In this document: positions 1-11,359 of the stretch, piece by piece
Numbering within the stretch: position 1 is the first letter of the stretch
Layout of the letters: each line of letters opens with the position of its first letter
DNA from: Paraspadella gotoi
Taxonomy: Eukaryota; Animalia; Chaetognatha
Assembly: GCA_051294375.1 (NCBI GenBank)
Contig: CM119268.1
Coordinates: 17,548,502-17,612,501, forward strand
Direction: 5' to 3'
Length of the DNA stretch: 64,000 bases
The notes under the pieces: model-generated
What the model was told of the DNA's origin: nothing
What the model saw: the letters and a program-made list of their open reading frames with translations, nothing else
The model's database searches: none
Position numbers and translations under genes: made by a program

Positions 1-358
1 CAGGTTTTTTTCTGGTCTTTATCTTTTTCCTTCTCTTCTTTTTTTTTCTTTTTATTTTCTCTCTTCCTTGGATTTTTCATATTTCTTTTTCCTCTTCTCC
101 TTCCTTTCTTCTTCCCCTCCTCCCTTGGAACTTCTTCCAGTTTCTTGGCGTCGATGCTTCCGGCCATAAAACCCATTGTCCTCCCGTCAAAAACCGAGAG
201 GAGACAGGAGAGGGATGTGAGGAGTGATAGGAGAGGGATGTGAGAAGTGATGGGAGGAAAGGGGAAGAGGGAGAAGAGAGTGGAGACTGAAGAGGGATAT
301 GAGCAGTGATGGGAGGAAAAAGGAAGAGGGAAAGGAGAAAGGAGAAGGATGTGAGGAG

Positions 359-1225
359 TAAGGCGTAGTGAAAGTTACATACAAAAATTCTAAAAGTCAA
401 TTATGAACAACATAACATCAGAAAACATTAATTTGTAAAAAAAAATAATTTTATGTTTTTTAATGAAATTGGTACAACCAATATAAAAATTATCCATTCA
501 TTTAATAAATAAGCTATCTTGCCCCTGACTTTGGACAGGCTTTGGTGGTTTAAGGCCTCCATCACTCTTGCAAGATAATGACATAGCAGGTCCCTGCAAG
601 CTTTCAATCAAGACTCTCTCACAGTCTCGTTTATTCACTCCCAGAGTACCTGGCTTCCCTATCAATGAAGTGGTATAATATTTCAAAAAATGTTTCAATT
701 GTATGAAAAGACACTCCCTTAATTTTCGCAGTAAGCTATATTTATATATAATACTATCCTTATAAAATAAAAAAAATTCAAAATAGGCTTTTTTTAATTT
801 TGATTGCAGATTTGAATTCCTCGTCAAAAGTTGATAAAAGAAAATAAAAATCATTTTTAAAAATTCTTTCATTAAGTGGGTTAAAAATTAAAAAAACTAT
901 ATTTAATATATAAAAAGTTCATTTTCAGCTTAAAATATAGCTTTTTCTAATTTTTGACCCACTTAATGAAGGAATTTTTCAAAAAGAGTTATATTTCTTT
1001 TTATCAACTTTTTATGACGAATCCAGATCTGCAAAAAAAAATTAGAAAAAACTATTTTGAAATTTTAATATTTATTGGTTTAGTACTAGTATAAATATGG
1101 CCTACTGCGTAAATTGTAAAATTTATTATAGATTTTTTTATTACATAAATATTCATTAGTATAATGTTGTTCGTTCCTCACTTTTAAAATTTAAAAGTTA
1201 AATTTAAATATTTTACTACGCCTTA
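359..1225. mobile_element. Non-autonomous hAT-type DNA transposon (MITE), copy 1
   Basis: Terminal inverted repeats TAAGGCGTAGT (359) and ACTACGCCTTA (ends 1225), flanked by an exact 8-bp direct repeat GTGAGGAG (351-358 and 1226-1233). Internal imperfect palindrome of about 720-905 vs 925-1120. A second copy lies inverted at 38631-39295. The hAT assignment rests on the 8-bp TSD. Confidence 0.8.
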
Positions 1226-2466
1226 GTGAGGAGTGATGGAACGAAAATGGAAGAGGGAGAAGAGAGAGGAAAGGGATATGAGGAGTGATGGAAGGAAAAG
1301 GGAAGAGGAGGATGAGATCGATGTGTGGAGAAACAGAGGGAGAGGGAACAGAGTGATAAAAGAAATAGGTAGATAGAAAAAAAGAGAAAAAGGCAGAAAG
1401 TGAAAAAAATAAGTACCAGTGAATCTTGTAAGTTATGAAAAAAGGAAAGAAACAATTAACTTTTCTAGAAAGAAAACAGAAAACACCGAAAAGGAGAAAC
1501 AGAAATTTAGAGAAAGCGGAAGAGGAGACACGAAACTCATAACTGGTCTCGAAAAAAAAAATGTGGAGAAGTGGAAAGAAAAAAAAGTAGAGAAGACGAA
1601 ACTTGTCCGTTAATTCGGAAAATAAAATGAATACATGGAATGATAATAATATCAAAATTGCTATTGTATCATTATTAATGACAAATCATGAATTTAAAAC
1701 TAGGTTTATGAATTTTTTTCAATTTATAGGTTGAAAAATACACTTATTAATTTACTAAACTGACAAACTTTTCATGAGAGAAGAAGAGCAGGTACAAACG
1801 ATAACTTTAGCGGATGACTCACTGCATTCAAACGATCCGAGGAAAGAAATGAGAGAGAAAAAGGAAGTGAAGAATAAAGAAAATAAACGAAAAAAAAATA
1901 TTCGGCTATAGAAGAAGAAGTTATGTGTGAAAGAAAAAATGAGAGGGAATAAATGAGAAGTAAAAAGCTTTATAGCTTTTTTGCCAAGTTTCGTCATTAC
2001 ACGCCCCGACGAAATCGTCACATGGATGAAACTCAACGTCTCGCCGAAATTACAAAATGGTACAATAAAGAATAGAAAAAAAATATAAAGTTTTTCTTCA
2101 TTTTCAAAACTCATGAAACAGGAAAATATTATCGGCACATCGCCGAGGATTGTCATTTCGTTTAACGACTCGATGAACCAGTTGAACAACGCAAAGCCTC
2201 TTTTGCAGAGTTACACCTCCCAACCTCGAGTCCTTAACCCCACACCCCATCCCCCCCCCCTTCCACCCCGCCAAAAAAAACCCCGAGTCTGTGGCTCGGA
2301 AGAGTGAAAAATAGATTGAAAATGGTTTAAAATGTGAAGGATTTATCAAATTTCTTTCTCCGGTTTCGGATAGATCCAGGTCTCGTATCGAAAATCATGG
2401 GTCAAGGGAAACATGAAATTCGCTCTTATTTTCGCTCTCTTTTCTCTCTCTCTGTTCTCTCTCTCT

Positions 2467-2497
<31 letters not shown>

Positions 2498-3780
2498 TCG
2501 TCTTCTCTCTCTCTCTCTCTCTCTCTCGCATCTCTCTGCTCTCCAAGGGCGCTGTTTCGCATTGAACGAGTGGAGGGCCGAGAGCGGTTTGTGTTAGAAA
2601 ACTTTTATGTTTCGATTTGAAAAATATTTATTGAAGTCTTTGATTCTTCAAGACTTTCTTGATTGTTCAGTTTCCTTCTCTTTCTTTCTTTCACTCTTCT
2701 TTCCATTCTTTCAATTCGCTTCGTTATTTCGTCTTTTCTCTCTACAAATTTTATTCAATCCTTTTCTTGACGACCTCCTTTTCTTCCACCATTCCTTTCC
2801 TTTCCTCCCTTCCTCCATCCCTCTGTCCTTTCCTCTTCCCTCCTCCTTCCTTCTCTACCCTCCTTTCCTCGCACTTCCATCCATCCTCCTCTCCTTTCCC
2901 CTTTTCTCTCATCCATTCTCCTCCCTTCCTCACCTGTCCCTCATCCCTCTCTCCTTTCCCTCCCTTTCTCCTCCTCCATCTCCTGCTCCCTCCGTCCTTT
3001 CCTCCCTTCCTCCGACCTCTCTCCTCCTTTCCTCCATCTCTGCTCTCCTTTCCTCCCTTCCTACATCTCTCTCTCCTTTCCTCTCATCGCTCCATCCTCT
3101 CTCTCCTTTCCCTCCCTGTCGCCGTTCTCCGCTTCCCTCTCTTGCTTTCCTTCCATCTCTTCTCTCTTTTCTCCCATCCATCCATCGTCTCTCTCCTTTC
3201 CTCCCTTCCTCCATCTCTCTCCTTTCCTTCCTTCCTTCCTTAAATTCTCTCCATCACTGACAATTCTCTTCATTTCGCTACGTCAGCTTTTCTTACGCTC
3301 GTTCTTATCTCCAGGAGAAAAAAAAAGAGATGTGGGGGGGAGCGCGCGGTTTCAACCTTTCGGTCGAATTTGACTTACCGTCTGTATTCGACCGTTTCTC
3401 CCTCTCCCTCGTTCCCAAACTCCCCAGTGGCCAAACCCCCGCTCGCCCGCCCCATGATTTTCTGTCCAACTTTCCTTTTCCCTGATGTCGCGTTCGAATT
3501 TGTCCCCGTTTGTGTAGAAGTAAAAATGGTTCTCTTCCTTCTCTCTTTCTCCTTCTCTATTTCCTCTGATGTTCCTACTCTTTCTGTCTTTATTTCTCTC
3601 TATCTCGTTTTCTCTCTCTCTTTCTCTGTCTTTTTCTCTCTCGATCTCTCTTTTTGTCCTTCTCAATCAATTTGAATCGAATAAGGATTTACTTTTGTCT
3701 TTGTATTGAGCTACGAAAGCGATTTACAAATATGAAATGTAACATTGAGCTTAAAGTTGTGATAGGGGCTTCTACTTTTT

Positions 3781-6700
3781 TTACTTGCAGCGACAGTTTT
3801 GGCCGAAAAGGTTGCATCCTCTGCTCCTTCCGCCGCAGCAGGGCATATTTTCGTTGCAGGAGCATCCGTAGCCGCAGCAGATGCGTCCGTTTTCAAGCTG
3901 TGTCAAAAAAAGGGGAAAATTAAAATGTTTTAACCTATAAAAGCCCTGTATAAAGTTTTATAAACTATTTTACTAAACTATTTTATCTATTATTCCAACT
4001 ATATTCAGTAACTATTACATTCTGTATGGTCAAAAAAAAAATTAATCGAATCTTCTCGACCATAATATTACTTTCGTGCATGATTTAATAAATATCTATA
4101 AAATTATAAACTAATTAGAGCAGATTGATTGCTCACCATTGGCCCTTGACATCGTTTAGCTAAATCCACTGATTCTGCAGGAACATTGTCATGCAGGAAA
4201 CGAAAGTCAATATTTATCTTTAATACAAATTTTAAGAAAACGACTAATAAATTTCAGTTAAATGAGCAGTGACTCACCTTCGCGCTTTCCCATTCCGCAG
4301 TCAACTTTTGATTGACAATGGCGCTTAGCGATGTCAGAGGTCGCTGAAAAATATGATAATTTTGTATTGAGAAGAACTTCACATTAAAGTATAAAAAAAT
4401 CGCAATATAAATGACCAACAATAACACTTACTGTCTTCGAGCTCGCGGTTGCAGAGTCCGCTGTTCTGGCAATGGCGAGAGGAAACCTCAAGAGAAGCTG
4501 AGAGAAAGTAAATACATGCAATGTATTCGTTTGGAATATTATCAGCCCGACCATAGATTTGTGACTGCATATGTATATTTATAATTCAATAATTTAATAA
4601 ATGACACGTGCAATGAAAGGAAAACAATTAACGCATCATTTGCTTTTGAAATTCTAAAGTTTATAGAAAATGAAAACTATTTTTTGTCAAATCAGTGAAT
4701 ATTTACCAAAAATTTCTGCTTGTATGTACGATTATTAAATTTACCCTAACCCCCTTTTTACCTTCTTCCATTTCACGAGTGCAACGTCCACTGTTTTGGC
4801 AATGGCGTTTGGCCTCTTCAAGAAATTCTGAAAAGGATATGTTTTTTTTTTAAAGTAGAATAAAAAATTCGTTTAAAAATATGATCACTATTTGATTTTT
4901 CTTTTCAAAAGTCACACACCTAATTCACGCTTTCCCATTCCGCATTCAGTTTTTGATCGACAGTGACGCTTGGCAACATCGGAAGACGCTGCAAAAGAAA
5001 TAAATCACTCTTAAACAATTATTATTAAATAAACTTTAATTCTAAGAAAGTATGAATTTATGAAATTAGTTGTACCTTCCTCTAGTTCACGGTTGCAGCG
5101 TCCACTGTTCTGACAATGGCGAGCAGCCACTTCAACAGCGGCTGAAGAATAAAATATACATTTATAATATTCTAAATCCTATTTAAACGCTTCATCCATT
5201 TTATCTTTTCTTTCTTTATATATTCTTTAGATTATTTGAGAGTAATATTTCAAATTCTAATGCAAAATCGGGCACCTTCCTCCATATCACGATTGCATCG
5301 ACCACTGTTTTGGCAATGGCGTTTGGCCTCTTCCAGATATTCTGAAATGGAATTTGAAAAAATAATAAATAAGTCGTGTTTAAAAGCATCAATTATGATT
5401 TGTTACTCATAAACGGCTTCTTATTCCAATGTTTTAGGACCTACCGAGTACACGCCTTCCCAAACCACAGTCCACTCTCGATTGACAATGACGTTTGGCG
5501 ACATCAGATGTGTCTGAAAATATTAATACTAGTCAAAAGCCTCTCACTTTGCTAAATACATAAAAGTAGGAGGAGGTCCTTACCTTCCTCGAGCTCACGG
5601 TTACAGAGGCCACTATTTTGACAATGGCGATCAGCTACATCAATTGTCGCTAAAAAAAGATGGAATCATAGGTTAATGTCATGAAATTAATGACTAGTTA
5701 AGGCTGAATGGGTGGTTTTACAAACAAAATTCAAAAAACTACCTTCTGCCATTTCACGGTTGCAACGGGCACTGTTTTGACAATGGCGCTTGGCCTCTTC
5801 CAAATATTCTGAAATCGTTAAAAATAAATATATTATTTTGTACATAAGAAAGTGAACGTATACGTTTCTTTATGTTATGGCATACCTTCATCGCGCTTCC
5901 CTAATCCACAATCGACTCTGGATTGACAATGGCGCTTGGCAATTTCGGATTTCTCTGTTCAAAGGAAAGATCGAATATTCAAAACGATTTTTGACGGAAA
6001 AGAAGAAAACTGTTTCCAACTGTTGCTTACTGTTTACCTTCTTCAAGCGCACGGTTGCAAAGTCCACTGTTTTGACAATGACGAGCGGCAACTTCGAGAG
6101 CAACTTTTAAAACAAAAACAAAGAAACGGTTTAATTTCCAATTCCATGTTTTCTTTAAAAAATATTTTGGACCACAAAGAATTACATAAACTAATATACA
6201 GGATTCATAGAAATAGTTGGTACCTTCTTCGAGCTCACGATTACAACGACCACTGTTTTGGCAATGACGTTTGGCCTCTTCCAGGTATTCTAAAAAATAT
6301 ATTAAAGTAGATTTGGTGTTCAAGCTATCAATCTCATAGTTTAAAAATAAAAAGAATATTTATATTTATTAGATTTAAAAAAGTTTCTACTCAATCTCGA
6401 GAATGCATTTCTTATGAACCAAAGTGAAATAAACATACCAAGATCTCGCTTTCCCATTCCACATTCAGTTTTAGATCGACAATGACGCTTGGCGATATCG
6501 GAAGTTACTGAAACCAAGATTAAAAATGTATTATTATTTCGTTTTTTATATGAATTAAAATTTTGCTCATTAAAAACGTATGTCTACCTTCCTCTTGCTC
6601 GCGGTTGCACCGCCCACTGTTTTGGCAATGGCGAGTGGCAACAAGAATGGAAGCTGGAAAAAGACGAAAATTATATATTTTTTTTCTATCTTCTTAACAT

Positions 6701-7635
6701 AAAAAACTTCAAATAATCCATAACGATATATAAATATAAATCAAGTATGACTATAAAAGTTAACTTGTTAATTAGTTACCTTCTTCCATCTCACGATCAC
6801 AAAGACCACTATTCTGGCAGTGACGTTTTGCCTCTTCCAAGTTTTCTGCAAGGAAAGAGTCGAAACGTAATGGTTTTAATAATGTTTTGGTTTAGTGTTA
6901 ATTAAAAAAGCTATTTATTAGAACTTAGATGAAAGCTTCATCAAATCCGAAGATAACTAAACAGGAACAGATGTCATACCTTCATCACGCTTTCCTAAAC
7001 CACAGTCAACCCTGGATTGGCAGTGTCGTTTGGCAATAGCAGTGGTGGCTGAAAAAAAAATGGGTTTATATTTTTTTTTTTTTTGTAAAATTAGAGATTT
7101 GTTTTTCGCACCTTCATCGAGCTCTCGGTTGCATCTTCCGCTGTTTCGGCAGTGGCGAGTTGCCACTTCGATATTGGCTGAAGATAAAAAATGTTTCTAT
7201 GAGTAATATATATAATAATATAATAATATATCCTAATTCTCGTAAAAATTTTTCCACAAGGTTATTTTTCTTTCGTAACATCAGTTACTTCTTTGAAATA
7301 CATAAATGATAATTGAAAGATATACTTTTGTTATATTACGAAACCTCATACTTTATAAAAGTCAAATATTAATTCTTTGAATATTCTTTGAAGTTTTTTT
7401 TATAACCTTCTTCAAGATCACGATTGCAACGTTGGCTGTTTTGACAATGGCGTTTCGCCTCTTCCAAGTATTCTGGGGAAGAGAATTTATAATTAATCAT
7501 GGGAGATAAAAGTAACAAAGGTTTTGTCTAGTTTCCTCGCATACCCAGTTCTCTCTTGCCCTTGTTCTGAGGGCAGTTGACACAAGCTTGGCAAACGGTG
7601 ACCGCCACCACGACGAAACTGATCAAAAGCTTCAT
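3781..7635 (-). CDS. Secreted multi-peptide precursor (482 aa): signal peptide, 19 small disulfide peptides and a C-terminal agatoxin-like knottin
   Basis: 21 coding exons, all GT-AG and in frame: 7545-7635, 7407-7472, 7112-7177, 6980-7048, 6780-6845, 6588-6653, 6439-6507, 6224-6289, 6038-6103, 5886-5954, 5743-5808, 5584-5649, 5445-5513, 5276-5341, 5076-5141, 4920-4988, 4762-4827, 4432-4497, 4278-4343, 4137-4174, 3781-3897. Translation: MKLLISFVVVAVTVCQA-CVNCPQNKGKR-EL-EYLEEAKR-HCQNSQRCN-RDLEE-ANIEVATR-HCRNSGRCN-RELDE-ATTAIAKR-HCQSRVDCGL-GKRDE ... (6 triplets) ... ESVDLAKR-CQGPMLENGRICCGYGCSCNENMPCCGGRSRGCNLFGQNCRCK*. No internal stops. Confidence 0.92.
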
Positions 7636-7663
7636 CTGAGAAAATATTAAATATTAAATATTA

Positions 7664-7770
<107 letters not shown>

Positions 7771-7787
7771 CTCATTTCACAACTTAC

Positions 7788-7864
7788 ATTTTCGATTTTC
7801 GAAGTCACACAATGAGCGTGAATTAAGAATTAAGAAAGGTTGAACGAAGACTTCAGTTTTATAC
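7788..7864 (-). promoter_or_regulatory. Probable TATA box and non-coding first exon of the peptide-precursor gene
   Basis: Minus-strand TATAAAA at 7863-7857 and a consensus donor GTAAGT at 7787-7782. The next exon begins CAG|ATG at 7635. The transcription start near 7830 is inferred from TATA spacing only. Confidence 0.6.
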
Positions 7865-8287
7865 TATGACCAATATAAAGCTTATTTGTACAGGGAAACA
7901 TTTTGTTGAAAGGGACCCTTGTATTTCCTATGAATCAAATGCAGGCTGTTGTTCTGATTTGAGTAAAATCGCAAACAGCAAAACAAAAGTAAACAAACCT
8001 GATTTGATAAGATCTATCGAAAAAGAACCTCACACAACGAATGACAACGTATTTTTATAAATTATAATAATCTATATTTATTCATTTATTCTAGTATTTA
8101 TGTCAGCTTTTTTTCATTTGTTTTTATCGTTATTTGAAAGCAATGTAAGAAACTGTACAATGTAAAGTTCTATTATTATATTAATATAACGACTTTAAAT
8201 AATTTTCAAAAAATTCGTTTACTACTCCGAAGCCGAAGGAACTCAATTTTCCCCCCTTCCCAATACGTACATAAACATGTTTGCTGT

Positions 8288-8331
<44 letters not shown>

Positions 8332-9922
8332 ACTGGGCTAAAATTTTCACTCTTTCTCGCGAGAAAAAGCATTAGCGCATGAAAAACCGCAGCGGTCCCC
8401 TTCGGCGGAAAGAAAACAGAGAGATTTCATTGTTATTGGGTCGGAGCTACGTCGATGGCTGGCAAGGTTGTTCGGAGTGGAGCCAAGAGGAGAAAGGGAG
8501 CGTGGAGTAGTGGAGCGAGAGGAAAGGAATTGTGGGGGAGTGGAGCGGGAAAAATTGGATTAAAAAGAAAGGAGGAAGGTGTAAGGTGTACAGGAACTGA
8601 GAACGGATTAGGCGAGTAGCGAGGTCGAGGCGAAATGAACGAAAACTGGGATTGTGAGAAAAGAGTCTTGTGACTTACTGATTGGTGAGGGTGAGTTTTT
8701 TTTTGAGTCGATCTGGCTTAAAGTATAGCGAGAGAACTTGTGAATAGAGTGAGATAGGGAAAGCTAATGAATTATAGCGGAATGGTTGAGAATGTAGTTG
8801 CTGGATTCGGAGACTAGAAGTGACGGGCTGGTTATGGAGTTGGTAAATGGAAAAATGGGCTTTTTGGCGGAGGAGCTAAATCGGACCAGTTGAAAATTTA
8901 TGCCTTCGAATCCAAAAGAAATTCGGAATCTATGGTGACCACGTTGTGATAAATCGGGCGAGAAAATGTGAGAGTTCGGCTTCTTTCTTCACGTAACGGC
9001 GCGGGAAATGTGAGGCTTAGAAAAGAAAAACTCCATCAGTTGAGGATATAATTTTTCGGCCAATCGAGTTTTGTTTTCGGCGTCAAAGAAGGTAACATTA
9101 TGACGCCGAGATATGGTCACTGCATGACCTCTGATTCATGTTGCAATTGTGCATATTCATGATGGACATCATAGAGATTGGCTTGGTTCCATCTTGGTTA
9201 ATCTCTTAGGAAACTTTAGGCAGCGTCGCATGAGTGAAGTGGAACGCCGGAACGGTGCTGCGTGTCATTTCGCTCGTCACGATACGTGTCAAGCCGTCAA
9301 GGTGCACGTTGGGCATCAAACCGGCGTTGGTTGGACAAAGACGTCGACTCGAATCTGTGGACAAAGAGGCGATGGAAAATACCCTGAGGGGGAGGAGGAA
9401 GAGGAAGGAGGAAGAAGAAGAAGACGAAGAAGATCCTCCGTTTTGCGTTTATCGAATTGTGTCCGGTAGGAAAAAGGATGAGTAGGAAAAAAGAATAAGG
9501 GATAAGGGATGAGGGGCGAAGTAAAGGGGCAAAGAAGGGACAAACTAAAGGGGCAAAGAAGACGGGAAGGGTGCGATACGATCCCAACAAAACCGAAGCG
9601 AGAAAAAATGTTTACGGTTCTGTAGGGGTCGCGCCTCGAAAAGTTGTTTTCGCCTCCGGCGAGGGCGTTGCCACCGGGAACGAAATCGCGTTGCGCCTTG
9701 TTGAGGGGGTAAGTCGCTGGTTTCCATGGAGACCGACGTGGCGGAAAATTCAAAACTAAAGCAAAGGTGAAAGTTGAAGGAAGAAATTGAGTGTTGACTG
9801 TTTAGATATAGAGAACGAAGATGACGAGTTGGAATTTTTTTTATTTCAAGTCGATTTTTTGGGCTGAAATTTTTGTTAAAAATCAGCCAAGTACTGCTTG
9901 AATCGAACGTGATTGCCTAATT

Positions 9923-9965
<43 letters not shown>

Positions 9966-10039
9966 AGGAGAGAGAGAGAAGAGAGAGAGAAAGAGAGAGA
10001 GAGAAGACGAGAGAAAAGAGAGAGGAAAGAGTAGAGAAG

Positions 10040-10098
<59 letters not shown>

Positions 10099-11307
10099 CA
10101 GAGAGAGAGAGAAGAGAGAGAGAGAGAGAAGAGAGAACCGTTCCAAGAAAAAATAAATAGGTGCTGGTGGAGTTAGTTAACAACCTTTGGCCTCTTCCCC
10201 TTTTCAGACCAGGCGCCTCCAAAAACAAGACGGATTTGCATTTTTCCTTCTTTCCTATTTTTTTCCTTTTCTCGCGCCAAAGGCCTAAATCGAGCCGATC
10301 ACTCACTTTGGCACCTTCTCATGGGTGAGTCTTTCTTTTTGTTTGTTGTGGCGACGGGAGCCGCCTCGCCGCCCGAACGCCGGGCCGCGAGGTCGGGGGA
10401 TCGAGACTCGTGCGCGCGCGCGCCAATTTCGTGCACGAGAATTTTTTTTTGGGCTCCGAAATTGTCGGGTGCGCGCGCGAAGCGGTGACAAAGGGGACGC
10501 TCGCAATACATGGAAAATTTAAAAAAAATGTGAATGTAATGTAATGCCAAAAAATGAACTGCATTATCCAATATCCAGGTTTCATAATTTTTTTCAGTAG
10601 TAGGCATATCGCCGTTAATTTGTTAAAGTTATATGCGGTGGCCAGCGTTCACGGGTAGCATATTGTACCATGGCTTTGCAAAACTGTCGGGGCGGCGCAA
10701 TGACAAATAAGTAAAATTTTCCTCAAAAGGGAGATGAATCAGTCAAAGGCTTTCACCGTCACAGGCCTGTGAACTGCGGAGTCCACACGAAAACCCACAC
10801 GCTTTCCAGTTCTCTGCGCGTAAATTCGCTCGCTGATTCGCACTCGGAACAATTTTCACTCAGACCGATTCGCTCGTAGATCGATTCGCACGCAAACAAT
10901 TCCCACGACGTTCATCTATCGTCCTCCACACAAAGACGTAAAGCGACTCCGTTCCAAAAAAAAAAAAAAAAAATAGGGATCGAGTTAGAGGCTCTGGGTC
11001 GTCGTCGTCTTCGTTGTTGTTGTTGTTGAAGTCGATGTCGCAGAAATAACTTTCGTACTCGGTTTTTTTTTTCATTGTTGTCACTGGCTTTGTTGTAAAT
11101 GTGATCGTCGTTTTCATCGTCATTTTCTACATCGTTCTCTTCGTCATTGTCCTCGTCGTTTTAGTTATTGTCCTCAACGTCCTCGTCTTCATCGTCGTCG
11201 TCGTCGTCGTCACCGTCATCGCCGTGACGGTACCGCTTTCGTCTGCATTGCCACGGTCGAGGATCACGAACCCTCGACGCCACGAGCTTAAGCCGGGGGC
11301 GAAGTTA

Positions 11308-11359
<52 letters not shown>

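Noticed and set aside
1975-2215. Two exon-like GC-richer islands (FLPSFVITRPDEIVTWMKLNVSPKLQ; ENIIGTSPRIVISFNDSMNQLNNAKPLLQ)
   Set aside because: They could be real exons, but they do not splice in a consistent open frame and I could not recognise a family.
2334-3675. Long S/L/P/F-rich and E/R/K-rich ORFs here and at 9913-10306, 26923-27399, 33722-34157, 48738-49531 and 58239-59959
   Set aside because: They are translations of (CT)n/(AG)n and polypurine low-complexity tracts that lack stop codons by composition.
4278-7472. Regularly spaced ~66-bp repeats separated by unique sequence, superficially like a CRISPR array
   Set aside because: The repeats are GT-AG-bounded coding exons that vary at synonymous positions, the 'spacers' are AT-rich introns of very variable length, the context is eukaryotic and there are no cas genes.
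8400-10500. GC-richer stretch with exon-like segments on the minus strand and a CGCG-rich hairpin at about 10405-10480
   Set aside because: No consistent frame or recognisable motif. It may be a degraded transposon or error-rich gene and needs a translated search.
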